Source of the DNA: Candidatus Krumholzibacteriia bacterium
GTDB lineage: Bacteria > Krumholzibacteriota > Krumholzibacteriia > LZORAL124-64-63
Direction of reading: 5' to 3'
NCBI GenBank assembly: GCA_023270185.1
Contig: JAGLCY010000066.1
Coordinates: 1-51,774 of the forward strand
Length of the DNA: 51,774 nucleotides
Made by a program: the position numbers and the translations under genes. This document shows, in pieces, positions 1-9,296 of this stretch (its first letter is position 1; each line of letters starts with the position of its first letter). Below the pieces are notes generated by a model that was given only the letters and a program-made list of their open reading frames with translations, searched no databases and was not told where the DNA came from.

Positions 1-70
1 CCCGACTCAGATTCAGGGCTTCTCGCGGACCAGAGGCGGTCAACTTAATCAGTAAGAACGGGGAGGGGCG

Positions 71-559
71 ATGGACCTGGCAGCTGCTAAAGAAAAACTT
101 CAGATTGCTGAGGTGGTCCTGGATGTGCGGCCCCTGGCTTTTTTTGCGGAGTTCGATACGCCGTACGGAGAGCTGAAGGTTACTGTTACTGAGAGGCTGC
201 GCCGCAAGTGTCGAAAGGGGAGGGTATGGAAATCGGTGGCGATGCTGACGGCACTGAAAAATGCGGTTTACGGGTTTGATGCCAAAGCTCCCAGAAGCCG
301 CGGGGGAGCTGACGGAATCTTTCGTGTAGACCGCAATCATCGGCCTGCCAATTCGATGATGAAAAAACTCTTCGACAAGTTCCTCGAAAAGTCCGACCCC
401 CTCGTCCCACTTCTCGCCAACGAGTTGGGATCCCCACCGGAAAACTGGATCCCGGTTCGCCTGGTTTCCCACCACATGAGACTTCTGGGTGTACTCTCGA
501 TTTCGAAGAGCACTGCCCATTTGGCCTTGATCGACTACGACAATGAAAAGTCCGACTAA
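71..559 (+). CDS. Hypothetical protein (162 aa)
   Basis: ORF with GGGAGG RBS upstream of ATG; convergent with trxB; no family recognised. Confidence 0.7.
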   Translation: MDLAAAKEKLQIAEVVLDVRPLAFFAEFDTPYGELKVTVTERLRRKCRKGRVWKSVAMLTALKNAVYGFDAKAPRSRGGADGIFRVDRNHRPANSMMKKLFDKFLEKSDPLVPLLANELGSPPENWIPVRLVSHHMRLLGVLSISKSTAHLALIDYDNEKSD

Positions 560-621
560 ATACCCACCCCTGCTCCGCAGAGATTCTACGCTTGCTCTTG
601 GCAAGCCGTAGCTCCACCACG

Positions 622-647
622 CAGGAAGGGCCGGCCGGCCCTTCCTG
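622..647. terminator. Perfect 26-bp palindrome between convergent genes (probable terminator or RNA-stabilising hairpin)
   Basis: CAGGAAGGGCCGGCCGGCCCTTCCTG is its own reverse complement; it lies 10 nt past the trxB stop; no clear U-tract. Confidence 0.55.
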
Positions 648-657
648 TGTGATGGAC

Positions 658-1599
658 CTACAACCCTTTCTCAGCCAACCACCGCTCGGCCTCGATAGCG
701 GCCATGCAGCCCGTTCCCGCCGAGGTAATGGCTTGACGATAGTAGTGGTCCTGCACGTCACCGCTGGCGAACACGCCATCCACGTTGGTGGCGGTCCGGT
801 TCGGCCGGGTGATCAGGTAGCCGTTCTCGTCCATGTCCAGCTGGCCGTTCAGGAAGGCCGTGTTGGGGGTGTGGCCGATGGCGATGAAGCAACCGGTCAC
901 CGGCAGATCGCGCAACGAGCCGTCCTGGGTGTCTTTCAGTTTGAGTCCGACGAGATTGCCGTCATCATCGGGAATGTAGCTGTCGATGGTGCTGTTCCAG
1001 GCGATCTCGATCTTGGGGTGGTTGATCGCGCGCTCCTGCATGATCTTTGATCCCCGCAATTCGTCCCGCCGATGGATCAGGGTCACCTTGCTGGCAAAGT
1101 TGGTCAGGAAGATCGCCTCTTCCAGGGCGGTGTCGCCGCCGCCGACCACGGCGATTTCCTGGCCATTGAAGAAAAATCCGTCACAGGTGGCGCAGGCGCT
1201 CAGACCCTTGCCGAAGAAATCTTCCTCGCCGGGTATGCCGAGCCAGCGGGCGCTGCTGCCGGAGGCGATGACCACGGCGGGCACCGTGTATTCTCCAGCG
1301 TTGGTCGTCACCTTGAAGGGGTGCGAACCCATGTCGATGGCGGTCACTGTCTCGCTTTTGATCACCGTTCCGAACTTTTCGGCCTGGGCCTTGAATTTCT
1401 CCATCAGTTCCGGGCCCTGAATACCCTCGGGGAAGGCGGGATAGTTTTCGACTTCGGTGGTGATGGTCAATTGTCCGCCGGGCTGCTGGCCCTCGAACAA
1501 CATATTGGGGATGTTGGCGCGGCTGAGATAAAGTCCGGTCGTGTAGCCGGCGGGGCCGGAACCCACGATGATGACCTTGAATTGCTTGTTATCGCTCAT
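658..1599 (-). CDS. trxB: Thioredoxin-disulfide reductase
   Basis: GSGPAG FAD motif, CATCDG redox centre, VVGGGDTALEEA NADPH motif, GVFASGDV...RQAITSAG. Confidence 0.97.
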   Translation of the reverse strand: MSDNKQFKVIIVGSGPAGYTTGLYLSRANIPNMLFEGQQPGGQLTITTEVENYPAFPEGIQGPELMEKFKAQAEKFGTVIKSETVTAIDMGSHPFKVTTNAGEYTVPAVVIASGSSARWLGIPGEEDFFGKGLSACATCDGFFFNGQEIAVVGGGDTALEEAIFLTNFASKVTLIHRRDELRGSKIMQERAINHPKIEIAWNSTIDSYIPDDDGNLVGLKLKDTQDGSLRDLPVTGCFIAIGHTPNTAFLNGQLDMDENGYLITRPNRTATNVDGVFASGDVQDHYYRQAITSAGTGCMAAIEAERWLAEKGL

Positions 1600-1746
1600 T
1601 TTGAGGGAAATCTCCTGTTTTTAGGTAAAAAAGAACCATTGAAGGTTTTGAATGTGTCCGCATACTTTACGAAGTTCTTGCCGGATGTCAACCTGGGACC
1701 CGATTGGATGGTTCGGGGCCTAATTTGGGAAAAATCACCCGGTTCC

Positions 1747-1776
1747 TTGACGAATCCGGGTATGGACGCTTATTAT
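1747..1776 (+). promoter_or_regulatory. Putative sigma-70 promoter for rplU-rpmA
   Basis: TTGACG-N18-TATTAT about 105 nt upstream of rplU. Confidence 0.55.
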
Positions 1777-1882
1777 ATGCGCTTGCAGTTACCCACAGGG
1801 AGGCAGGAAAATTGTCACCCTGACGGGCATTTTTGTGTGAACCCCGGATTCGGGGCATGTCAGCCAGCGGAGAAATAACGCG

Positions 1883-2194
1883 ATGTACGCCGTAGTCAAG
1901 ATCAAGAACCAGCAATATCGGGTGCAGCCGGACCTCACGGTTCAGGTGCCCCTGTTGGATAACGAGGTGGGCGACAGCGTGACCTTTGACGAGGTTCTGA
2001 TGTTCGCCGATGGTGATGATGTCAAGGTCGGCACTCCGAACGTGGAGGGCGCGTCTGTAGCCGCCGAAATCATCGGACATGGCCGCAGCCGCAAGATTGT
2101 GGTCTTCAAGAAGAAGCGTCGGAAGAATTACCGTCGCAAGAACGGCCATCGCCAGGCCTTCACCGAGATCAAGATCACCGGGATCAACGGTTAA
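1883..2194 (+). CDS. rplU: 50S ribosomal protein L21
   Basis: MYAVV...QYRV; KIVVFKKKRRKNYRRKNGHRQ signature; adjacent to rpmA. Confidence 0.98.
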   Translation: MYAVVKIKNQQYRVQPDLTVQVPLLDNEVGDSVTFDEVLMFADGDDVKVGTPNVEGASVAAEIIGHGRSRKIVVFKKKRRKNYRRKNGHRQAFTEIKITGING

Positions 2195-2206
2195 AGGAGC
2201 ACGACC

Positions 2207-2461
2207 ATGGCTCATAAAAAAGCAGGCGGATCAACCAGGAACGGGCGGGACAGTAATGCCCAGCATCTTGGCGTGAAGCGGTTCGGCGGAGAGGCCGTGC
2301 GCGCGGGCACGATAATCGTGCGGCAGCGCGGCACGCGGATCCATCCGGGCAAATACGTCGGCAAGGGCGGGGACGACACCCTGTTTGCCCTGATCGACGG
2401 TACGGTTCAGTTCGAAGATTTCCGAGGGTCCAAGAAGCGGGTCAACATCCAGCCATTCTAA
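2207..2461 (+). CDS. rpmA: 50S ribosomal protein L27
   Basis: [16 protein letters not shown]...IIVRQRGT...DDTLFAL; AAAGGAG RBS. Confidence 0.98.
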   Translation: MAHKKAGGSTRNGRDSNAQHLGVKRFGGEAVRAGTIIVRQRGTRIHPGKYVGKGGDDTLFALIDGTVQFEDFRGSKKRVNIQPF

Positions 2462-2482
2462 AAATGGTTGACCGGTGAGATC

Positions 2483-2517
2483 AAGCCCGCCCCTCCGGGG
2501 GTGGGCTTCTCTTGTTT
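2483..2517 (+). terminator. Intrinsic terminator after rpmA
   Basis: AAGCCCGCCCC-TCCG-GGGGTGGGCTT hairpin followed by CTCTTGTTT. Confidence 0.65.
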
Positions 2518-2532
2518 CAGGGAGGAACGGCC

Positions 2533-3303
2533 GTGGTCTCAGAATCGCAAACCGAAGCGCAGGGAGTGTTGGTGGTCATTCCGGCCCGCTTTGGCTCCAC
2601 CCGGTTTCCCGGCAAGGCTCTGGCGGATCTCGAGGGTCGTCCGCTCATCGTGCGGGTGGCCGAGAACGCGGCGTCCATCGTTCGCGCGGACAAGGTCATC
2701 GTCGCCACCGACGACGCCCGGATTCGGGATGCCGTTCTGGACGCCGGTTACACGTGCGAGATGACCGGTGATCATTCCACGGGCACTGACCGGATCGGAG
2801 AGGTGGCCTCCCGGCACGAGGCCGACATCATTCTCAATCTTCAGGGCGACGAACCCCTTCTCGACAATCGCGACGTTGACCGGCTCATCTCCACCATGCA
2901 GGATGACCCCGCGCTGGACATGGCGACCTGCGCCCATCCCTTTGCCGATGCTGCCTCGTGGCGGGATCCCAACAACGTGAAGGTGATCCTGGATGGGCAG
3001 GGACAGGCTTTGTACTTCTCTCGGGCGCCGATTCCCGGTATTTTCCCGGGGGCGGAGATCCAGGCCCATCGGGCGGCCATGAAGCACGTGGGCATCTATG
3101 CTTTTCGCCGGACGGCTTTGCTGCGGTTCCTGGCTCTGGACCGTACGCCTCTTGAGAGAGCCGAAGGGCTGGAACAGCTGCGGGCCCTTGAAAACGGGAT
3201 GCGCATCAAGGTGCTGGAAATCGCCAACGCCCCCGTGGGAGTGGATACGCCGGCGGATCTGGATATTGTCCGCGGGATGTGGCGTCAACAAACAGGGTCG
3301 TGA
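2533..3303 (+). CDS. kdsB: 3-deoxy-manno-octulosonate cytidylyltransferase (CMP-Kdo synthetase)
   Basis: IPARFGSTRFPGKAL, TGTDR, NLQGDEP, HVGIYAF, LEQLRALENG; GTG start at 2533 chosen for its GGAGG RBS. Confidence 0.95.
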   Translation: MVSESQTEAQGVLVVIPARFGSTRFPGKALADLEGRPLIVRVAENAASIVRADKVIVATDDARIRDAVLDAGYTCEMTGDHSTGTDRIGEVASRHEADIILNLQGDEPLLDNRDVDRLISTMQDDPALDMATCAHPFADAASWRDPNNVKVILDGQGQALYFSRAPIPGIFPGAEIQAHRAAMKHVGIYAFRRTALLRFLALDRTPLERAEGLEQLRALENGMRIKVLEIANAPVGVDTPADLDIVRGMWRQQTGS

Positions 3304-3320
3304 ACCCGGGAGAAACTGGA

Positions 3321-4976
3321 ATGGCCAAGTTCATATTCGTGACCGGCGGTGTGGTTTCGGCCCTGGGCAAGGGGATCTCCTGCGCTTCCATGGGCAATCT
3401 TCTCAAGGCGCGCGGGCTGAACGTCATCCTGCAGAAGTTCGATCCCTACCTGAACGTGGACCCGGGCACCATGAGCCCTTTCCAGCACGGCGAGGTTTTT
3501 GTTCTCGACGATGGGGCGGAGTGCGACCTCGATCTCGGTCATTACGAACGGTTCACCGATGTGAACCTGTCACAGATCAACAACCTGACCAGTGGCCGTG
3601 TGTACGAGACGATCCTGACCAAGGAAAGGAAAGGGGAATATCTCGGTCGTACGGTCCAGGTCATTCCGCATGTGACCGACGAGATCAAGCGGCGAATCAT
3701 GCTGCCGGCGCTGGAAAATCCCCAAGTCGATGTTGTCATAACGGAAATTGGCGGGACCGTTGGTGATATCGAGAGCCTTCCCTTTCTGGAAGCCATCCGG
3801 CAGTTCCGTCTGGAACAGCCGCGCGAAGACACTGTTTCGGTGCACCTGACCCTGGTTCCCTACATCGCCGCCGCCGGTGAGATCAAGACCAAGCCCACCC
3901 AGCATTCGGTTCGCGAATTGCGCAGCATCGGCATCCAGCCTGATTTTCTCATGTGCCGGTCCGAGCGCCCGATCGGGGGTGACGCCCGGCGAAAGATAGG
4001 GCTGTTCTGCAATCTGGATGTGGACCACGTTTTCGAGGCCCGCGACGTGGAGAGCGTCTACCAGATACCCCTGAATCTGCACGAACAGAATTTCGACGTA
4101 TTGCTTTGCGATCGTCTGGGTTTGGAGACCGAATTGCCTGACCTGGCCGAATGGGAAAAGATTGTGCACGCGATTCTCAATCCGACCGGGACGGTTCGGA
4201 TCGCCATCGTCGGCAAGTACACAGAGTTGAAGGATGCCTACAAGAGCATCATCGAGTCCTTCATCCACGCGGGCATTCCCCACCACGTGAAAGTGGAACA
4301 GGTGTGGATAGATTCGGAAAGCCTCGAGGGGGACGATGTGGGGGATCGTCGTCTGGCGGAAATTTTCAGCGACATCCACGGTATCCTCATTCCCGGCGGT
4401 TTTGGTGACCGGGGTATTCCGGGCAAGGTCAACGCCATCCGGTTCGCCAGGGAGAACAAGGTGCCTTTCCTCGGTATCTGTTTGGGGCTGCAATGCGCCA
4501 TGATCGAGATCGGGCGCGACGTTGTCGGTCTGGAAATGGCGGGATCCGCGGAGTTCACACCGGAAACGCCTCATCCGGTGATTCATCTCATGGAGGAACA
4601 GCGGGGCATCGCCAATATGGGTGGAACCATGAGGCTGGGCGCCTATCCCTGCCACATCGTACCCGACAGCCGGGCTTTCTCGTGTTACGGTGATCTGGAG
4701 ATCAGCGAACGGCACCGTCACCGCTACGAAGTGAACAACAAGTACCTGGGGCAATTCGAAAAGGCCGGCGTCCTGTTTTCCGGAATGTCTCCCGACGGCC
4801 AGCTGGTGGAGATCATGGAGTTGCCCGAGCATCCGTTTTTCATCGCTGTCCAGTTCCATCCGGAGCTGAAATCCCGGCCCGGTCGTCCCCACCCGCTGTT
4901 CCGCGAATTCGTTGGTTCGGCGGTTTCGCATTTCAGTTCGTCACAGGAAAAGTCCGTGGACCGGGCCGCCAACTGA
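3321..4976 (+). CDS. pyrG: CTP synthase
   Basis: KFIFVTGGVVSALGKG, DPYLNVDPGTMSP, GICLG glutaminase Cys, QFHPE. Confidence 0.98.
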   Translation: MAKFIFVTGGVVSALGKGISCASMGNLLKARGLNVILQKFDPYLNVDPGTMSPFQHGEVFVLDDGAECDLDLGHYERFTDVNLSQINNLTSGRVYETILTKERKGEYLGRTVQVIPHVTDEIKRRIMLPALENPQVDVVITEIGGTVGDIESLPFLEAIRQFRLEQPREDTVSVHLTLVPYIAAAGEIKTKPTQHSVRELRSIGIQPDFLMCRSERPIGGDARRKIGLFCNLDVDHVFEARDVESVYQIPLNLHEQNFDVLLCDRLGLETELPDLAEWEKIVHAILNPTGTVRIAIVGKYTELKDAYKSIIESFIHAGIPHHVKVEQVWIDSESLEGDDVGDRRLAEIFSDIHGILIPGGFGDRGIPGKVNAIRFARENKVPFLGICLGLQCAMIEIGRDVVGLEMAGSAEFTPETPHPVIHLMEEQRGIANMGGTMRLGAYPCHIVPDSRAFSCYGDLEISERHRHRYEVNNKYLGQFEKAGVLFSGMSPDGQLVEIMELPEHPFFIAVQFHPELKSRPGRPHPLFREFVGSAVSHFSSSQEKSVDRAAN

Positions 4977-5007
4977 TCAAGGCGCCACCTTCGGGAAGGA
5001 TGATTTG

Positions 5008-5844
5008 ATGGCTGTTGCAACTCCCTTTGTTCTGGGCGGACACCTGGTTGGTCTGGGACAGCCGCTGTATGTGATAGCCGGCCCCTGCGTTCTCGAGGAT
5101 CCGGACGAGATGCTTCAGACCGCCGAAACCCTGGCCACAATCTGCGAACGTCTGGGGGTGGGTTTCTGTTTCAAGTCCAGTTACAGGAAAGACAATCGCA
5201 CCAGCGCTGATTCCTATCGCGGGCCGGGCATCGATGACGGTCTGCGTCTTCTGGATCGAATCCGGGAGGCCGTGGGGGTGCCTGTGCTTACGGATATTCA
5301 TCATCCCGAGGAAGCCGACGCTGTGGCTCAGGTGGCCGAAGTCATTCAGATCCCCGCGTTCCTCTGCCGGCAGACATCCCTGCTGGAGGCCGCCGGGCGC
5401 ACAGGCAGCGTGATCAACGTCAAGAAGGGACAGTTCCTGGCCGCGGCCGACATGGCCCATGCCGCGGGCAAGCTCCGTCATGTGGGATGCGAGAGAATCC
5501 TGTTCACGGAACGGGGTTCTTTTTTCGGGTACCGTGATCTGACCGTCGACTTTCGCTCCATCAGTATCATGCGCGAATTGGGATATCCGGTGGTCTTCGA
5601 CGCCACGCACTCGGTCCAGTCGCCCGGCAGCACAGGGACCACCACCGGCGGCAAACCGGAACTCATTCCCCTGCTGGCCCGTTGCGGAATGGCCGCCGGC
5701 AGTGACCTTGTATTTGTCGAGGCTCATCCCGAACCGGCTCGCGCAAAAAGTGATGCCGGCAGCCAACTGCCCCTGGACGCTTTCGAGCCCCTGGTGGCGG
5801 AGCTGGTCAAATTCCGGAACCTGTTCCTGGAGGCCAACACGTGA
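5008..5844 (+). CDS. kdsA: Kdo 8-phosphate synthase
   Basis: IAGPCVLE, KxNRTS, QIPAFLCRQT, KKGQF, FDATHSVQ; kds gene context. Confidence 0.96.
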   Translation: MAVATPFVLGGHLVGLGQPLYVIAGPCVLEDPDEMLQTAETLATICERLGVGFCFKSSYRKDNRTSADSYRGPGIDDGLRLLDRIREAVGVPVLTDIHHPEEADAVAQVAEVIQIPAFLCRQTSLLEAAGRTGSVINVKKGQFLAAADMAHAAGKLRHVGCERILFTERGSFFGYRDLTVDFRSISIMRELGYPVVFDATHSVQSPGSTGTTTGGKPELIPLLARCGMAAGSDLVFVEAHPEPARAKSDAGSQLPLDAFEPLVAELVKFRNLFLEANT

Positions 5845-6494
5845 ACGATTCGCGACCATGGCCGCCCCGCACCGATGACGACTACCGGCAGGAGGCGGTC
5901 ATCCTGGTGGGGGATAAACTGGCGGACCGCCTGGCGAAGGTGCGGTTGACGGTGTTCGATGCCGATGGCGTGCTGACTCCCGGCAACCTTATCTACGGTG
6001 CCGATGGGGAAGCGCTCAAGGAGTTCCACAGCCATGACGGACTCGGTCTGGTGATGGGACGTCTGGTGGGAATCAAGCGGGCCGTGTTGACCGGCCGCAA
6101 CAGCAGGATCGTCGATCGCCGCTGCCGGGAGTTGCGTTTCGACTCCATCAAGCTGGGTCGTTTCGACAAGGTGGAGGCCCTGAAGGAAATCCTGGCCGAG
6201 ACGGGATGCAAACCCGCGGAAACCCTCTATATGGGAGACGATCTGATCGATCTGCCCGCCATGTACGAGGTGGGGTGCGCTGTGGCGGTGCCCTCCGCCC
6301 CGAACGAGATCAGGCAATACTGCAGTTACGTGACAAAAAGCGAAGGTGGGCAGGGGGCGGTCCGGGAAGTGATGGACCTCGTTCTCAAGAGCGCCGGGTT
6401 GTACGGCAAGGCCCTGGATCTGCTGATGCGAAAGGAAGTCCAGCCCACCCGCGCGGAATTGTCGTCAGACGTGGAAGAGGAGACCTGGCAATGA
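5841..6494 (+). CDS. kdsC: Kdo 8-phosphate phosphatase (HAD family)
   Basis: FDADGVLT HAD motif I, DGLG, TGR, YMGDDLID, GGQGAVRE; GTGA overlap with kdsA. Confidence 0.92.
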   Translation: MNDSRPWPPRTDDDYRQEAVILVGDKLADRLAKVRLTVFDADGVLTPGNLIYGADGEALKEFHSHDGLGLVMGRLVGIKRAVLTGRNSRIVDRRCRELRFDSIKLGRFDKVEALKEILAETGCKPAETLYMGDDLIDLPAMYEVGCAVAVPSAPNEIRQYCSYVTKSEGGQGAVREVMDLVLKSAGLYGKALDLLMRKEVQPTRAELSSDVEEETWQ

Positions 6495-7510
6495 TGGAAA
6501 CGCCCCGTCGGAATCCGGACCCTGAAGAACTCCGGGACGATGCTCTGATCTCTCTCGGTCGCGAGGCTTTCATCCAGGAGGCGGGAGCCATCGAAGCGGT
6601 CGGCCTCGGGCTGGACTCGGATTTCGCCCGGGCCGTCCGTCGCCTTTTTACCTGCACCGGACGTGTTCTTGTGACAGGGTTGGGAAAATCCGGGTTCGTG
6701 GCCCGGAAGTTGGCGGCCAGCCTGACCAGTACCGGGACGCCCAGCCATTTCATTCATCCGGTCGAAGCCACCCACGGGGATCTTGGCATCGTGCGGGGCT
6801 CCGATATCCTTATCGCCATTTCCCGCAGCGGCAGCAACACCGAAGTGGTGACCTTGCTGGCCCGGTGCGAGCAGTTCGGGATGACCACCATCGCCATCAC
6901 GGGCAGTCGGGATTCGGAGGTCGCGTCGGTCAGCGACATCGTGCTGCACACACCCATTGAACGGGAAGCCTGTCCCTTGAATCTCACTCCGACCACGAGC
7001 GCGGTGGCCGCCATGGCCATGGGGGACGCCCTGGTCGTGGCCCTCATCAAGCTGCGGGGTTTCAGGGCGGAAGACTTCGCCATGTTCCATCCCAGCGGGG
7101 TTCTGGGCCGCAGTCTGCTGATGAAGGTTTCCGAGCTGATGCACACAGGCGATGAACTGCCTGTTGTCTCACACCGCCTGACCCTCAGGGAATCGCTGCC
7201 CGAAATCGTGGGCAAACGCCTGGGTGGTACGTGTGTGGTTGATGACGATGGCGAACTGATGGGACTGTGCGTGGACGGGGATGTCAAACGGGTGCTGCTG
7301 GAACGGGAAGATGCCCTGGATCAGCCCATCACCCACGCCATGAATGATCGTCCATCGACCATCAGTCCCGATATGTTGGCAATCAGTGCCCTGCGCATGA
7401 TGGAGGAGCGAAAAAGGGGACCGGTGACTTTGCTTCTGGCCACGGATGAAAAAAACAGGCCCGTGGGGCTTCTGCACATCCATGACGTTCTGAGAGCAGG
7501 GCTGCTTTAA
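6491..7510 (+). CDS. kdsD: Arabinose-5-phosphate isomerase (KpsF/GutQ family, SIS domain plus 2 CBS domains)
   Basis: TGLGKSG, STGTPS.FIHP.EA.HGDLG, EACP.NL.PT, FHPSG.LG, C-terminal CBS pair; ATG at 6491. Confidence 0.95.
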   Translation: MMETPRRNPDPEELRDDALISLGREAFIQEAGAIEAVGLGLDSDFARAVRRLFTCTGRVLVTGLGKSGFVARKLAASLTSTGTPSHFIHPVEATHGDLGIVRGSDILIAISRSGSNTEVVTLLARCEQFGMTTIAITGSRDSEVASVSDIVLHTPIEREACPLNLTPTTSAVAAMAMGDALVVALIKLRGFRAEDFAMFHPSGVLGRSLLMKVSELMHTGDELPVVSHRLTLRESLPEIVGKRLGGTCVVDDDGELMGLCVDGDVKRVLLEREDALDQPITHAMNDRPSTISPDMLAISALRMMEERKRGPVTLLLATDEKNRPVGLLHIHDVLRAGLL

Positions 7511-7581
7511 CCCGGATCATTCATCAATTTTCCTCCTTTTGAAAATCATTCAATTCGCTGTCGTGAAACTAGTTGTGAAGG

Positions 7582-7597
7582 TGGCACAACCTGTGCT
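7582..7597 (+). promoter_or_regulatory. Putative sigma-54 (-24/-12) promoter upstream of lpxL-lptC-lptB-rpoN
   Basis: TGGCACAACCTGTGCT with exact GG-N10-GC spacing, in an AT-richer intergenic gap 30 nt before the ATG. Confidence 0.55.
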
Positions 7598-7626
7598 TAA
7601 CTGATGCTGCGCCTTAGGGTGAAAGT

Positions 7627-8619
7627 ATGGACGGGCGGGGCTGTGATCCCCGTGGAAACCATCCGGGAAGGCTGAACCTGTTGGCCGAGGGTGACATTGC
7701 TCTGTGGAGAAGAGTCCGGCGGCGGTTTTACTGGCTGCTTACGGTAATGATGCTTCAATTGGCGGACCTTGTCCCTATTGCTTTTGGCCGACGGTTGTGT
7801 GTCGGGATGGCCCGCTTGGCGGTGAGGGCGAGGCCGAAGGACCTGCATATGGCCGAGGGCAACCTGGCCCGCGCGTTTCCTGAACTTGACGGCCGTGGAC
7901 GACGGCGTCTCCTGGAGGAGTCGGCCGACGCCCTGGGGCTCAATCTGTTTGACACTTTGGCCGCGGGTCGTCTTCTGGGAAATGGTCATTCCGTGGTCGA
8001 GGAGCCCGGACCTGTGGCCGGGATGCCTCAAGTGGGGGACGTGTTGGCAGACCTGGCAGCCTCGGGACGGGGTGTGTTCATCCTGACCGGCCATTTAGGT
8101 TGCTGGGAACTGCTCGGGGGCTGGTTGGCCAGGGAACTCCGGGCGCGCGGCCTGGGCGGTCTTGGGGTCGTCACCGGCACGGTGCGTAATCCACCTGTCG
8201 ACAGGCTCCTGCAGGGCCGCCGGCGTCGTTTGGGCATGACAGTCCTGCCTCGGGAAGCCGGTGCCGGGCCTCTGATCCGCTATCTCAGGTCCGGAGGAAT
8301 CGTGGCCGTGCTGCAGGATCAGAATACCCGGGTCCAAAACCTGGACATCCCGTTTTTCGGGGAACCCGCACCCACGCCCGCCGGCCTGGCCCGCCTGGCT
8401 GTGCGTTACCGGATTCCCGTGTTGCCGGTGGCCATCGCCCGGGACGGTCAAAACAATCGCCACCGGGTCATTCACCTGCCACCCTTGGTGTTCAAGGAAG
8501 TGGGGCCGATGGACGAAGATGTAGAGAGCTTCCTGACTCTTTGCAATGTTCAGTTGGAACATTTCATTCGGCGGAACCCAACCGAATGGGTGTGGTTCCA
8601 TAAACGTTGGAAATCATGA
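7627..8619 (+). CDS. lpxL: Lipid A late acyltransferase (LpxL/HtrB family)
   Basis: H-x4-E catalytic motif (HLGCWE), DQ...FFG.PA, C-terminal P.EW.WFHKRWK; exact start uncertain. Confidence 0.85.
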   Translation: MDGRGCDPRGNHPGRLNLLAEGDIALWRRVRRRFYWLLTVMMLQLADLVPIAFGRRLCVGMARLAVRARPKDLHMAEGNLARAFPELDGRGRRRLLEESADALGLNLFDTLAAGRLLGNGHSVVEEPGPVAGMPQVGDVLADLAASGRGVFILTGHLGCWELLGGWLARELRARGLGGLGVVTGTVRNPPVDRLLQGRRRRLGMTVLPREAGAGPLIRYLRSGGIVAVLQDQNTRVQNLDIPFFGEPAPTPAGLARLAVRYRIPVLPVAIARDGQNNRHRVIHLPPLVFKEVGPMDEDVESFLTLCNVQLEHFIRRNPTEWVWFHKRWKS

Positions 8620-8687
8620 TGGATAAACATCCCCAAGGCTGAAGGCGGCCTCAAGGGATCAACGGTGGTGGAGAGCGGCTGAAAATC

Positions 8688-9296
8688 ATGAAGAATCCCA
8701 TGAATCTCACAGTACTTGAATCCCTGTTGACCTGGCGCGTCGTCCTGGTGTTTGTTTTCAGCGCTGTCCTGGCGGTGGTCTCCGGTTGCGGGGATTCCGG
8801 GGAGCCCTCACAGGCTGCCGCTCCCGGCGCCAGGACGGGACGAGTCCCGGAACGGCAGTTCTTCGACTACCGGCTGATCGAGTCCGAGGCGGGAATCCGG
8901 CAATGGGCCCTTCAAAGTGAAAAGATGCTGAAGTTTTCCGGGGAGAAGGATGTCCATCTGGTCACGCTCCACATGGATTTTTTCAAGGAAGGCGGTCATT
9001 TTTCGGTTTTAACCGCCGACAGCGGTCGGGCCAATCTCACCACCAAGGACATCCATACCTGGGGAAACGTCATCGTCGTGACGGACGATGGGCGTCGCCT
9101 GGAATGCGAAGAACTCTTCTTCAACAACGAGACCGAGCTGATCCACAATGATGTTTTCAACCGTTTCACCCGGGACGGTGACGTCCTGACTGGAATGGGA
9201 CTGGAGGCCACGCCGGATCTGGAGTACATTGAGATTAAGCAGAAAGTGGAGGCTGAAGTTGAAGATGAAGCAAACGCCGAAAGCGGGTCCCGGTGA
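8688..9296 (+). CDS. lptC: LPS export periplasmic protein LptC (lipoprotein-like)
   Basis: Hydrophobic N-terminus with VSGC lipobox; beta-jellyroll-like LTADSG...GNVIV...L..EEL...GMGLEA; directly before lptB. Confidence 0.8.
   Translation: MKNPMNLTVLESLLTWRVVLVFVFSAVLAVVSGCGDSGEPSQAAAPGARTGRVPERQFFDYRLIESEAGIRQWALQSEKMLKFSGEKDVHLVTLHMDFFKEGGHFSVLTADSGRANLTTKDIHTWGNVIVVTDDGRRLECEELFFNNETELIHNDVFNRFTRDGDVLTGMGLEATPDLEYIEIKQKVEAEVEDEANAESGSR

Noticed and set aside
3570-4931. 453-aa antisense ORF over pyrG (likewise 10731-12098, 15671-17491, 19853-20893, 26689-27822, 41125-42186)
   Set aside because: Shadow ORFs opposite clearly identified genes; expected from GC-rich codon bias; no recognisable motifs.
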